A DNA stretch of 64,000 bases from Erythrobacteraceae bacterium (lineage in GTDB: Bacteria; Pseudomonadota; Alphaproteobacteria; Sphingomonadales; Sphingomonadaceae). The notes below the pieces were generated by a model. The model did not search any database, was not told the DNA's origin, and saw nothing but the letters and a program-made list of their open reading frames with translations. The DNA lies in the NCBI GenBank assembly GCA_027489065.1, contig JAIYAM010000026.1, forward strand, positions 70 through 64,069, written 5' to 3'. Position 1 is the stretch's first letter. Each line of letters starts with the position of its first letter. Positions 28,971 through 39,324 of this stretch are shown here, in pieces. The position numbers and the translations under genes are program-made.

Positions 28971-31454
28971 TCAGGCGCGGTACGCCAAAAGCCGAAGTGC
29001 ATTAACCACCACAATGATGGTCGATCCCTCATGCACGGCCACTGCTGGACCGATGCCGAGACCCATGATCGTGGCGGGAACCAGGAACCCTACAACGCCG
29101 AGGCTCACAAATACGTTCTGCCTGATGATCCCGCGTGTGTGCCGGCTCAAGCCCACAGCGAATGGCAAGTGCGCGAGGTCGTCGGCCATGAGGGCAACGT
29201 CGGCTGTCTCCAGCGCCACATCCGATCCTGCTGCCCCCATGGCGATGCCGACCGTAGCACTGGCCATAGCAGGTGCATCATTGACGCCGTCGCCAACCAT
29301 CGCGACCCTGTCTTCGCCCGCAAGCTTTTTGATCGCGAAAACCTTGTCCTCCGGCATGAGATCACCCCATGCTTCATCAATCCCGACGTCCTTGGCGATG
29401 GCTTCGGCAACCTTTTGATGATCCCCCGAGATCATGATCATCCGGGTGATGCCCAACTCACGCAAGCGGAGCAGCGCGGATTTGGCCGCTTCGCGAGGTG
29501 TATCAAGCAGGCCGATCGCGCCGAGGTCACGATTCCCTTTTCGGACCAGCATCGTCGTTCGTCCGTTTTCGCGCAGTGACGCTATCGCGTCCTGTGCCTC
29601 CTGCCCCAGCGCCGGAATTGCGTCCTTACCGAACATTTCGGATTTGCCGATCCACACCGTCTCGCCGTCCACGGTCGCGGTAACACCCCGGCCGGTAAGA
29701 CTCTTGAGATCGGCGGCATGGGGCAGGGCGCGCGCCCCCAGACGTGCGCTACCATCCCTGACGATCGCCTGGGCCAGTGGATGATCGCTCAATGCTTCGA
29801 CAGCGACCGCAGTCGCAAGCAGTTCACTTTCATCAGTGCCACCGAGAGGGACGATGTCGGTAATGCGCGGGCGGCCTTCGGTCAAAGTGCCGGTCTTGTC
29901 GAATGCTATTGCCTTGAGGGAACCTAGATTTTCCAAGGGTGCGCCGCCCTTGATAAGTACACCGCCGCGCGCTGCGCGCGCCACACCCGATAGAACCGCG
30001 CTTGGCGTCGCAATGGCAAGCGCGCAGGGGCTCGCCGCAACCAGCACCGCCATCGCGCGGTAGAAGCTGTCGCGGAACGGCTCGTCGATAACGGTCCAGG
30101 CAAACAGCAACACGACCGACATAATCAGGACAGCGGCGACGAAGACCCTTTCGAAACGGTCGGTAAAGCGCTGCGTCGGGGATTTTTGCGTCTCCGCTTC
30201 GCTCACCATCTTCACGACTTTCGCGAGCGCGCTTTCACTGGAGCGGCGGGTCACCTCAATCTCGATCGCGCCGCTGCCATTGATCGTTCCGGCAAATACC
30301 CGGCTTTGCGGATCAACCATATCGGGCTTGGCGCGTGCCGCGACCACGTCGGCTACCGGTATCTTGTCGACCGGGATGCTTTCGCCGGTGACGGGCGCTT
30401 GGTTGATCGCACTCGTTCCCTTCAGGACGAAGCCGTCGGCGGGCAAGCGCTCGTTCGGACGCACGATGACGATGTCGCCGACTACCATTTGTCCGACGTC
30501 GATTTCGCTGGTCGCCCCATCGCGGCGCACCGTTGCGGTCTCAGGGGCGAGCTTCGCCAGGGCTTCAATTGCCTTCTTGGCACGGCCCATGGCATAGTGC
30601 TCCAGCGCATGTCCGAGACTGAACAGGAACAGGAGTAGTGCGCCTTCGGCCCACGCCCCCAAGGCGGCTGCCCCGGCGGCGGCGACCAGCATCAGGGTGT
30701 CGATCTCGAACTTCTTCAACCGAAGATTATCAATCGCCTCGCGCAGCGTGAAGAAACCACCGAAAAAATAGGCTGCCATATAGCAGGCGGTCGGGAGCCA
30801 AGCGGGCGGACCGGCTATCAGCTTCTCAATTGCAAAGCCGATCCCCAGCAGCGCGCCGCAGGCGAGGGCAAAGATCAGTTCAGTGTTGGGGCCCAGAAAA
30901 TTAGCGTGGCTGTGATCGTGACCATCACCGGAGCTATGCCGTTCCTCAGCCGCACCATGGCTACCAGCCCCATGATCATGACCGGCATGGTCATCGGCAC
31001 TGACCCGCTTTTCGATGCCAACCTTGAGTTTGCGAAGGGCCGAAAGCACTTCCTCTTCGGTGGTCTCGCGGCGATCATATTCGACCCGCACAGACCCACC
31101 TGAACTGGCGCTGGCCTGTACCACGCCGGGCAAGGCGCACAGCGCATCGCTGATCGTTCGAGCGCGACGCTCGTGGTTGATCCCCGTCGCTTGCCAGATT
31201 GCATGACCATAGCGCTCGGTGATTTCAGCGCCGGCCGCGCGCACGATTTTGCGCAAACGCGGCAATGGCAGCTTGGCAGCGTCGAAATGTATGCACAGCG
31301 CCGCTGGCGTATCGTCGTCGACACAGATGACATGCGCCCGCTCAACGCCTTCGCGCTTCGTCAGCGTTGCTACAAGACGATCGAGACATGCGTCAGCTGC
31401 GTCGGGAAGGTCGGGCAATAGTACCGGAATGTCGAGTTCGAGCTTGTCATTCAT
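28971..31454 (-). CDS. Heavy-metal P1B-type ATPase, P1B-4 (CzcP/CoaT-like) subclass
   Basis: TGES, SPC transmembrane motif, DKTGT, HP, GDGVND and HEGST in the last TM; His-rich N-terminal linker; ATG at 31454. Confidence 0.92.
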   Translation of the reverse strand: MNDKLELDIPVLLPDLPDAADACLDRLVATLTKREGVERAHVICVDDDTPAALCIHFDAAKLPLPRLRKIVRAAGAEITERYGHAIWQATGINHERRARTISDALCALPGVVQASASSGGSVRVEYDRRETTEEEVLSALRKLKVGIEKRVSADDHAGHDHGAGSHGAAEERHSSGDGHDHSHANFLGPNTELIFALACGALLGIGFAIEKLIAGPPAWLPTACYMAAYFFGGFFTLREAIDNLRLKKFEIDTLMLVAAAGAAALGAWAEGALLLFLFSLGHALEHYAMGRAKKAIEALAKLAPETATVRRDGATSEIDVGQMVVGDIVIVRPNERLPADGFVLKGTSAINQAPVTGESIPVDKIPVADVVAARAKPDMVDPQSRVFAGTINGSGAIEIEVTRRSSESALAKVVKMVSEAETQKSPTQRFTDRFERVFVAAVLIMSVVLLFAWTVIDEPFRDSFYRAMAVLVAASPCALAIATPSAVLSGVARAARGGVLIKGGAPLENLGSLKAIAFDKTGTLTEGRPRITDIVPLGGTDESELLATAVAVEALSDHPLAQAIVRDGSARLGARALPHAADLKSLTGRGVTATVDGETVWIGKSEMFGKDAIPALGQEAQDAIASLRENGRTTMLVRKGNRDLGAIGLLDTPREAAKSALLRLRELGITRMIMISGDHQKVAEAIAKDVGIDEAWGDLMPEDKVFAIKKLAGEDRVAMVGDGVNDAPAMASATVGIAMGAAGSDVALETADVALMADDLAHLPFAVGLSRHTRGIIRQNVFVSLGVVGFLVPATIMGLGIGPAVAVHEGSTIIVVVNALRLLAYRA

Positions 31455-32058
31455 GACGACCTCCCTTCGTTGTATCGGGTTCGGTGCGTGCGTCGCGCAG
31501 GATTTCGAAGCCGCCCTTGATGGCGATGAGGGCGGTAGCGAAACCGACGAGCAAGTCCGGCCAGTTCGTACCCAGCCAGAACACCAGCACGCCGGCAATC
31601 AGGATGCCGCCGTTGGAGATGAAGTCGTTGAAGCTGAAAGTGGTCGCGGCCCGGAGATTGACGTCCGGTTCCTTGATGCGTTGAAGCAGCCGAAGGCAGA
31701 GGTAGTTTACCGCGCCAGCAATCGCGGACATCACCATCATGGTCGGTCCGATGGGCTCGCTCCCCTGGATAAAGCGCCGCCCGACATCGAGCAGGATGCC
31801 CCCCGCAAACAACAGCAGCATGACGCCTGAAGCCATCGCTGCGCGGGTCTTCCATGTCTGACCCCGGGTCAGTGCTACAAGGCTCAGCGCGTAAACGGCC
31901 GTATCGGACAGGTTATCGACGCCATTGGCGATCAGCGCGCTCGAATCTGCAACAGCGCCGGTAACAAAGAAGCCCCCCGCGATTGCCGCATTGAGCAGCA
32001 GCACGATCCAGAGCGTGCGGCGCTCCTGCGAGTTGTCATTGTCGTTCACGGCAATCAC
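31447..32058 (-). CDS. Short CDF-family cation transporter
   Basis: LWIVLLLNA, ADSSALIANGVDNLSD, FSFNDFISN, WPDL; about six TM segments; start uncertain (GTG 32058 or 32049). Confidence 0.8.
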   Translation of the reverse strand: MIAVNDNDNSQERRTLWIVLLLNAAIAGGFFVTGAVADSSALIANGVDNLSDTAVYALSLVALTRGQTWKTRAAMASGVMLLLFAGGILLDVGRRFIQGSEPIGPTMMVMSAIAGAVNYLCLRLLQRIKEPDVNLRAATTFSFNDFISNGGILIAGVLVFWLGTNWPDLLVGFATALIAIKGGFEILRDARTEPDTTKGGRHE

Positions 32059-32206
32059 GGCTTTCTCTCGCCAACCACGAGGCTCGCAAAGCTCCGGAGT
32101 ACGCAAGGGGCAGGGCAGCCGGACAACGTGCTATCTTGGGGCAGCAGCCGATCCCGGCGGTGCTTGAGTGCACCAAGCTCACCTTGCTTCATGATCGACA
32201 AGAATC

Positions 32207-32581
32207 TCATCTTTTTCGTCCTCGCTCGCAAACAACCTTTGCCCCTTCACTAGTGACGAGGACCAGATTGGTGTTCCGAAAATGTGCACTGAGGTTAGCG
32301 CTGCGGTACTGAAAGCCCTGCGCAGGCGCATTCAGGACAAGCGGCTCGCCTTCGTAAGATTTGCGGACTTCCATGGTGAGACCTTCGTTCTTGAAGTCCA
32401 CAAACCGGCTTCGCCCATCAGTACATTGGTATGGGTGTCGACCCGATGGGGCGGACCCGTCCTGGATCTGCGACGCGTGGATATCTCGCTCCGATGTCGG
32501 CATTTGCTCCGGATCGCCCGAGCACGCTGAAAAGCCCGCCGCTATGGCAACGATAGAAATCAAAGGCATGACTTTCCGCAT
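32207..32581 (-). CDS. Hypothetical lipoprotein
   Basis: Lipobox-like FSAC after a hydrophobic stretch; two further Cys; directly downstream of czcA. Confidence 0.55.
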   Translation of the reverse strand: MRKVMPLISIVAIAAGFSACSGDPEQMPTSERDIHASQIQDGSAPSGRHPYQCTDGRSRFVDFKNEGLTMEVRKSYEGEPLVLNAPAQGFQYRSANLSAHFRNTNLVLVTSEGAKVVCERGRKR

Positions 32582-32700
32582 AGGCTGGCTCTGGGTCTCT
32601 GAACTGCTGAAGGACATCGCTGCCGAACCTGACAATCGGGCCTCCTGTGCAGTTGCGACAAGGGTAAGCGGGGCGATCACCGACCGCCCCGCTGGATTTT

Positions 32701-35700
32701 TCATGACGACGTCTCCACGATAGTCTGCCCGTGGTCGGCGCCTTCGAACGCCTCATTGTAGTGTTCGGGCTGTCTGATGGTCTTCTGGCCGAACCGGGCA
32801 TAAAGCGTCGGCAGGACAAACAGCGTCAGCAGGGTGGCCGAGATCAAGCCACCGATTACCACCGTTGCCAGGGGCTTCTGGACCTCAGCACCGGCGCCGG
32901 CGCCCAGCGCCATCGGAACGAACCCCAGGCTCGCAACAAGGGCTGTCATCACGACTGGTCGCAGGCGCTGCATGGCTCCCACATAGGCCGCCTCCTCCCG
33001 GGACATTCCAGAGCGGATCAGATCCTGGATCGAACTGACCATGACCAGGCCATTGAGAACAGCGATGCCTGACAACGCGATGAAGCCAACGGCGGCGGAA
33101 ATGGAGAAGTCCATTCCGCGTGCGAACAACAGCAAGACACCGCCAACCAGCGCAAAGGGCACGCCAGTGAACACGATCGCTGCATCTCTGGCCGAACCCA
33201 ATGCGCCGTAAAGCAGCACCAGGATCAGAATGAAGCAGGCCGGGATGACAAGCTTCAGTCTCTCGCTTGCTGACTGGAGGTTTTCAAATTGACCTCCCCA
33301 TTCCAGATAGACACCAGCTGGCAAGCGAATCTCCTTCGCGATGACCTCCTGGGCATCGGCGACAACCGATCCTACGTCCCTGCCGCGGACATTGGCCTGG
33401 ACCACCACACGCCGCTTGCCATTCTCGCGGCTGATTTGATTGGGTCCGTCGACCACCTGGATGTCGGCAACACTGGAAAGCGGCACACTACCGCCACCCG
33501 CGACAGGTACAGGAACCTGCTCCAGCACGCTGATGTCCGAGCGTTGGGTCTCCGCGAGACGCAGCACCACCGGAAACCGGCGATCGCCTTCGAAGATCTG
33601 CCCGGAAACCCGGCCACCGAGCGTTGCTGTCACCGTATCCTGAACGTCTTGAGACGTGACCCCGAGCCGCGCCATTGCGTCGCGATTGACGCGAATGTCG
33701 AGCATGGGAAGACCGGTTGTCTGCTCGACCTTCACGTCAGCTGCGCCCTCGGTTCGGCGGAGCACCGCGGCAATCTCCTCGGCGGTCCGGTTCATCTGGT
33801 TGAAGTCGTCGCCGAAGACCTTGACTGCTATGTCACCGCGAACGCCGGCGATTAATTCATTGAACCGCATCTGGATGGGCTGGGTAATCTCGTAGGCATT
33901 GCCCGGAATCTTCGAAAGATTGCTCTCGATCCGGCTTACGAGCTCTTCCTTCGGAAGCTCAGGGTTGGGCCATTCCTCACGCGGTTTCAGGATCACGAAC
34001 ATGTCGGTTGCATTCGGGGGCATCGGATCCGAAGCAAGTTCGGCCGTGCCGGTTTTAGAATAGACGAACGCGACCTCAGGTTGCTTCGACATCATTCGCT
34101 CGATCGGCACCTGCATCGCCTGGCTCTGCTGGACAGACGTTGCCGGGATACGCAGCGACTGGATCAGCAGATCGCCCTCATCGAGCTGCGGCAGGAACAC
34201 CGAGCCGAGGGTTGTGAACGCCAGTGCCGCCATCACGAGGCTGGCGACACCGGCTCCGATCGTTACCGTCGGGCGCTTCATCGCCCGCTCGAGGCCAGGC
34301 TCATAACGCTGCTTGAGCCATGTGATGATGCGGCCATCCTTCTCCTCAACCTTTTTGGACAGCCAGATTGCGATCATCGCCGGAACGAATGTGAGTGAGA
34401 GAACAAACGCGAAGGCGAGGGCGATGATGACGGTCAGCGCCATAGGCACGAAGGTCTTGCCCTCGACGCCTGTCAGGGTCAGCAAGGGGACGTAAACGAG
34501 GATAATGATGGCCTGCCCGTAGACAGATGGCCTAATCATCTCACGGGCAGCAGAGGCGACGGTTGCCAATCGCTCCTTGACGCTGAGGAGACGTCCCTCG
34601 TGGTGCTGCTGCTCGGCAAGTCGCCTCAAGGCATTCTCGACGATGATAACGGCGCCATCAACGATCAGGCCAAAATCGAGTGCGCCGAGACTCATCAGGT
34701 TGGCCGACACGCCGACACGCAGCATCCCGAAACCAGTCAACATCATCGTGATCGGAATCACCAAGGCAGCGATCAGCGCTGCCCGGAAATTGCCGAGCAA
34801 AATGAAGAGCACGACGATGACCAGCAAAGCGCCCTCAGACAGGTTCTTGGCAACCGTTGAAATCGTTGAATTGACGAGTTCGGTGCGATTGAGGACGGGT
34901 TGGATCACCACATCCGGGGGCAGGGATGCGTTGATTGTCTTGAGTTTCTCGGCGACCGCTGTCGACACAATGCGGCTGTTTTCTCCGATCCGCATGATCG
35001 CGGTGCCGACGACAACTTCGGTTCCGTTCTCCGACGCTGAGCCCATGCGGATAGCCTGACCCGTCTTGACGGTGGCCACCTGCTCGACCGTGATCGGCAC
35101 GCCATTGCGCGTCGCAATAACGGTTCTTCCCAATTCAGCGGCATTACGGATCAGTGCGTCGGAACGCACCGCCAGACCTTCGCCGTTTCGGTTCACAAAG
35201 CCGCCGCCCACGCTGGTGTTGTTCTGCTCCAACGCATTGCCAAGTTCGGTCAGGGATATGCCAAGCGAGGCCAGCTTCTGCACATCGGGCACTACAAGAA
35301 ACTGCTTGGCATAGCCGCCGATCGAATCGACGCCGGCAAGGCCTGGGGTGCCTTTGAGCAGAGGCGTGACAATCCAGTCCTGTGCCGTTCGCAGATAGGT
35401 CGCCTTGTCGACCTCGGTCGTCAGCCGCTCGCCCTCGGGCGTGATATAGCTACCGTCCGGCTGCTGGCCCGGTTCGCCCGGCTTGTGCTGGTCGTCATCG
35501 CGGTGGTCTAGCCGGACCGTGTACATGTACACTTCGCCCAAGCCAGTCGCGATCGGTCCCATTTCAGGGTTTACACCGTCGGGGAGGTTTTCCTGCACCC
35601 CCTGCAACCGTTCCCCCACCTGCTGGCGCGCGAAGTAGATGTCCGTGGTGTCGGAAAATACGGCCGTGATCTGGGCAAAGCCATTGCGGCTCAGGGATCT

Positions 35701-35946
35701 TGTGTATTCAAGACCCGGGGTCCCGGCGAGCGCCGTTTCGATCGGGAAGGAGACCTGCTTCTCGACCAGTTCGGGTGACAGCGCGGGCGCGCGGACGTTG
35801 ATTTGCACCTGGTTGTTGGTGATATCCGGAACAGCGTCAATCGGCAGCCGGTAAAGGGAATATGCGCCAATGGCGGCGGCAATGACGGTGAGGAGCAGGA
35901 CGAGCCAGCGCTTCTCGACCGCCCATGTAACGATGCGGGCGATCAT
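32701..35946 (-). CDS. czcA: HME-RND divalent-cation efflux pump (CzcA/NccA-like)
   Basis: LPIDAVPDITNNQVQ, DFGLIVDGAVIIVEN, GFIALSGIAVLNG, RLRPVVMTA; 1081 aa. Confidence 0.93.
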   Translation of the reverse strand: MIARIVTWAVEKRWLVLLLTVIAAAIGAYSLYRLPIDAVPDITNNQVQINVRAPALSPELVEKQVSFPIETALAGTPGLEYTRSLSRNGFAQITAVFSDTTDIYFARQQVGERLQGVQENLPDGVNPEMGPIATGLGEVYMYTVRLDHRDDDQHKPGEPGQQPDGSYITPEGERLTTEVDKATYLRTAQDWIVTPLLKGTPGLAGVDSIGGYAKQFLVVPDVQKLASLGISLTELGNALEQNNTSVGGGFVNRNGEGLAVRSDALIRNAAELGRTVIATRNGVPITVEQVATVKTGQAIRMGSASENGTEVVVGTAIMRIGENSRIVSTAVAEKLKTINASLPPDVVIQPVLNRTELVNSTISTVAKNLSEGALLVIVVLFILLGNFRAALIAALVIPITMMLTGFGMLRVGVSANLMSLGALDFGLIVDGAVIIVENALRRLAEQQHHEGRLLSVKERLATVASAAREMIRPSVYGQAIIILVYVPLLTLTGVEGKTFVPMALTVIIALAFAFVLSLTFVPAMIAIWLSKKVEEKDGRIITWLKQRYEPGLERAMKRPTVTIGAGVASLVMAALAFTTLGSVFLPQLDEGDLLIQSLRIPATSVQQSQAMQVPIERMMSKQPEVAFVYSKTGTAELASDPMPPNATDMFVILKPREEWPNPELPKEELVSRIESNLSKIPGNAYEITQPIQMRFNELIAGVRGDIAVKVFGDDFNQMNRTAEEIAAVLRRTEGAADVKVEQTTGLPMLDIRVNRDAMARLGVTSQDVQDTVTATLGGRVSGQIFEGDRRFPVVLRLAETQRSDISVLEQVPVPVAGGGSVPLSSVADIQVVDGPNQISRENGKRRVVVQANVRGRDVGSVVADAQEVIAKEIRLPAGVYLEWGGQFENLQSASERLKLVIPACFILILVLLYGALGSARDAAIVFTGVPFALVGGVLLLFARGMDFSISAAVGFIALSGIAVLNGLVMVSSIQDLIRSGMSREEAAYVGAMQRLRPVVMTALVASLGFVPMALGAGAGAEVQKPLATVVIGGLISATLLTLFVLPTLYARFGQKTIRQPEHYNEAFEGADHGQTIVETSS

Positions 35947-35949
35947 GGC

Positions 35950-37101
35950 TCAATCCTCATGACTGGCTTCGCCCTTGCCGATTTCGGCTTTGAGCGTGAA
36001 GCTTCCGGTGGTGGCGATTTGTTCGTTACCCTTCAGTCCAGACTTGACGATCACGGTATCGCCCGATGCGTCGCCTAGTTGAACCGGGACTGCCTTGAAG
36101 CCGGTGGGGGTGCGGACGAAAACGACCGTTTTCCCTTCGAGGCTTTGGACCGCTGTTGATGGCACGCGGATAGCGCCGCTACCGCCGCTGCCCGTGAGCT
36201 CTATGGCGACCATGACCGGCTCGCCAACCCGCCATTGCCCGCCGCGATTGTTGAGCGTGGCAATCGAAGGGACGAGGCGCGTCTGGGGGTCGAGAGCTGG
36301 CGAGACGAATGTGATGCGGGCGCTCGCTTCGCGCCCCGCCGCCCTCACAGTCACCAGATTGCCAGGCCGAACCCGCCCGGCATCCTCAGGCTTGAGGTTC
36401 AGCGCGATCGACACCTGACCCAGATTGGCGATTCGATAGAGCTCGGCGTCGGCCGCAACCGTTTGCCCCAGCGTGACCGGACGGCCGATGATCTGGCCTG
36501 AAATCGGAGCTGTGATGCCGAGCCGGTTCAGGCCGGCGCCGCCGACACCCGCAGCCGAGACCATGCTTTGTGCCTGCGTCAGCGCGATGCGTGCTTCCGT
36601 TGCAGCCGTTCGAGCGGTGATGAGATCCTGTTCGGGCGAGACCTTTTCGTCAAACAGCCGTTGCTCTCGCGCAAGGTTCGAATTGGCCAGAGCAAGGCGC
36701 GCCCGAGCGGCTTCGACCTCGCCCTTCATCTGGGCGACGTCGCGGCTTTCGATTACGGCGATTGTCTGACCGCGCCCGACCGTCTCACCGAGATTGCGTG
36801 TCAGCGCCACTACACGCCCGCCGATGGCCGCTGAAACCACCTGGGTGTTTTGCGGATCACCTTCAACGATAGCCGGTAGTTCGATCGTGCCGGCGCCGCC
36901 AACGATGGGCCGGCCCACCTCGACACCCGCTGCAGCAATCTGCTCGGCCGTGAGGGTCACCTGCCCTTCGTTGGCATGGTCGGCTTCAGCGCCCGCGTCT
37001 GCAGAACCAGAACCAGTCTGCTCCTTGGATGGATCTGCGCCACCACAGCTTGCCAAAAGGAGCGCACTGATCGTCGCTCCAACAAGATAATGCTTCTTCA
37101 T
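35950..37101 (-). CDS. czcB: RND membrane-fusion protein
   Basis: Lipobox LASC, ITAPISG biotinyl-like motif, DPQTR; located between TolC and RND genes. Confidence 0.88.
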   Translation of the reverse strand: MKKHYLVGATISALLLASCGGADPSKEQTGSGSADAGAEADHANEGQVTLTAEQIAAAGVEVGRPIVGGAGTIELPAIVEGDPQNTQVVSAAIGGRVVALTRNLGETVGRGQTIAVIESRDVAQMKGEVEAARARLALANSNLAREQRLFDEKVSPEQDLITARTAATEARIALTQAQSMVSAAGVGGAGLNRLGITAPISGQIIGRPVTLGQTVAADAELYRIANLGQVSIALNLKPEDAGRVRPGNLVTVRAAGREASARITFVSPALDPQTRLVPSIATLNNRGGQWRVGEPVMVAIELTGSGGSGAIRVPSTAVQSLEGKTVVFVRTPTGFKAVPVQLGDASGDTVIVKSGLKGNEQIATTGSFTLKAEIGKGEASHED

Positions 37102-37103
37102 GA

Positions 37104-38378
37104 TTAGTACTCCGCATTGGGCGCACGGGCGGTCAATCGCTCCAATTGCGCTCGGGCATTCTGATAGGCGGCAAGTGCATCGATCGCTGCGACCCGCGTC
37201 TCTGCAAGGGTGCGTTCGGCGTCGAGCAATTCGAGCTGTCCAAACTTGCCTTCGCGGTAACCGATCCGTGCAATGCGCGCGGCTTCCTGCGCGCTGGCCA
37301 ACGCCGGACCTGCCGCCGCGCGCGCCGTGGTGGCGGCATTGGCCGCCTCGGCCTGCGCATCAGTGATCGCTTGCTCGATATCCAGGGCCGTCAAGCGGCG
37401 GAGAGCATCAGCTTGGGTTTGCTGCGCAGTCGCCTGAGCGATTGCCGCGCGCCCGTTGTTGAAAACCGGTATCGGGATAGTGACAGTGAATACCGCAGCC
37501 AGATCGTTGGTCGCCTCAAGGCGGCGGATAGCGGGGCCGACGTTGAGGTCAGGGACCCGGTTTGCGCGGGCAAGCCGCACGCCGGCTTCGGCTATCGTGA
37601 AATCGGCGTTTGCTGCTGCGAGGGCAAGGGTGCCAGATGGGTCCACCGGCACAGCCGGTCCATACACATTTGTACCCGGGAGGATGTCGAGCACCGATTC
37701 ATCCAGTATGCCACTGATAGGCTGCCCGATCCGGCGCACGAGATTGATCCGGGCTGCTTCAGCCAGACGAGCTTGCCGTTCAACATTGGCTTCCGCATAG
37801 GTAACAGCAACATCTGCACGTTGTCGTTCAAGAGGCGAGGCTCGTCCCGCCTGCACCCTTATGCCTGCCGCGCGCAGTGCATCGTTGGCAATCCGGGCCT
37901 GGTCTCTCGCGGTGGCAAGACGCCGTTCGGCCGCTACTGCTTCGACATAGAGTTGAGTAACCTGCAGCCTGACATCGGCGGCAGTGATCGCTTGCTGGAT
38001 CTCCGCGCGGGTCAGCTGTGCCCGTGCTACGGCGACGCGGGCGCTTCGCTTACCGCCGAGCTCGATGGGAATCGCGGGGCCTATGGTGGTTTCAGCGCTT
38101 CTCAAGCCGCGGTAAGGCCCGGAACCAGCGATGTTTTCTACCTGTACTTGTACCACCGGGTTGGGGCGCAAGCCTGCCAACCTTTGGCCTGCTTCTGCTG
38201 CCTCAACTGCAGCTACTGCAGCCTCGGAAGCCGGTGCTGCGCCGCCGGCAGCCGCGACAGCTTCCTTGAGAGTAAATACCTTCGCAGCGGGGATAACCTG
38301 CGTATCCCCTTGCGGTTGCGCCTGCACCACTGATGCACAGGTCGCAGCAGCCAGAACGGCTGCTCGCACGATCTTCAT
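37104..38378 (-). CDS. czcC: TolC-family outer-membrane factor
   Basis: PIELGGKRSARV, IPIPVFNNG, YREGKFGQLELLDA; likely ATG at 38378. Confidence 0.88.
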   Translation of the reverse strand: MKIVRAAVLAAATCASVVQAQPQGDTQVIPAAKVFTLKEAVAAAGGAAPASEAAVAAVEAAEAGQRLAGLRPNPVVQVQVENIAGSGPYRGLRSAETTIGPAIPIELGGKRSARVAVARAQLTRAEIQQAITAADVRLQVTQLYVEAVAAERRLATARDQARIANDALRAAGIRVQAGRASPLERQRADVAVTYAEANVERQARLAEAARINLVRRIGQPISGILDESVLDILPGTNVYGPAVPVDPSGTLALAAANADFTIAEAGVRLARANRVPDLNVGPAIRRLEATNDLAAVFTVTIPIPVFNNGRAAIAQATAQQTQADALRRLTALDIEQAITDAQAEAANAATTARAAAGPALASAQEAARIARIGYREGKFGQLELLDAERTLAETRVAAIDALAAYQNARAQLERLTARAPNAEY

Positions 38379-38432
38379 TGGGAATTCTCCTGACAGATAA
38401 CCTCGGCCGGAAACTCCGGCCAGTGTCATGTG

Positions 38433-38762
38433 TCAGGCGTTTGGTGGCCTCAGGCCCGGTTCGGGCGCGCTAGAATCAAGCGGAGGCGTGGAGCGCGCGA
38501 ACAGCGGCACTGAAAGCGAGCCAAATCGGGGCGCAACGCCGATATCAGCTGGAGCCTGGATCGCCGGACAATGGCAAATGCCGTGGTGATGGGGGAGGGC
38601 CTTGTCAGCCGTGCCCTGCTCGCTCCCGCTGCTCTTTTCGTCATGAAATTCAGCGGCGCACTCTGACGCCGGCGCACCCGGCAGTTCCCCGGCCTCGAGG
38701 GTGACGCTCGTAACGAGCGCTGACAATACGAGTGTCAGAATGAGACGCGAGAGAAACAGCAC
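38433..38762 (-). CDS. CzcI/DUF2946-like small leader protein
   Basis: N-terminal hydrophobic segment, HHHGICHC motif, Pro-rich end PEPGLRPPNA; first gene of the czc-like operon. Confidence 0.6.
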   Translation of the reverse strand: MLFLSRLILTLVLSALVTSVTLEAGELPGAPASECAAEFHDEKSSGSEQGTADKALPHHHGICHCPAIQAPADIGVAPRFGSLSVPLFARSTPPLDSSAPEPGLRPPNA

Positions 38763-38940
38763 ACGGCCTTCTAGCAGGCATCAGCCCGGGTGTCATGCGG
38801 AATAACCCAGCACAGGCACCAGAAGAACTCGCCGGAGATGCATGGCCGTTGCAGCCGCCAGCCTCTGGCAGGTTTCTTCGAAATCCTGGTCTGGTCCGTT
38901 ATTTTCCAAGCGACCATTTGCAGACCGCTGAAGCTCAACC

Positions 38941-39324
38941 CTATTCGACGGCCGGATTTTGTGCGGATATCCTTGTTATCCGCCCTACCTTGCCATCCCA
39001 ATCGATCTCGAAATCCACCCTGTCGCCCACCTTGACCCCACCGAGTTGCTCTGGTTCAGCGGTGAATTCCATAGTCATGGCGGGCCACTCCACGCCGCTC
39101 ATCGGTCCGTGATCAAGCGTGATCGCCCCCTTGGCGGCATCGATGGCGGTGACGGTACCGACCGCGACACCATGCTGCATTGCTCCGGCGGCAGGCATGT
39201 CAGCCATATCGCCTGACTTGGTGTTGCCGCTCGGGACAGCTGCGGTGGTGTCCGATTTCTCCTGACAAGCGGTAAGGGCGGCCATCAGCGTAAGGCTGGA
39301 TGCAAAAATAAGGGCTTTCTTCAC
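38941..39324 (-). CDS. cusF: CusF-like periplasmic Cu/Ag chaperone (lipoprotein)
   Basis: ITLDHGPM...WPAMTMEF (H/W/M/M site); lipobox LTAC. Confidence 0.85.
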   Translation of the reverse strand: MKKALIFASSLTLMAALTACQEKSDTTAAVPSGNTKSGDMADMPAAGAMQHGVAVGTVTAIDAAKGAITLDHGPMSGVEWPAMTMEFTAEPEQLGGVKVGDRVDFEIDWDGKVGRITRISAQNPAVE

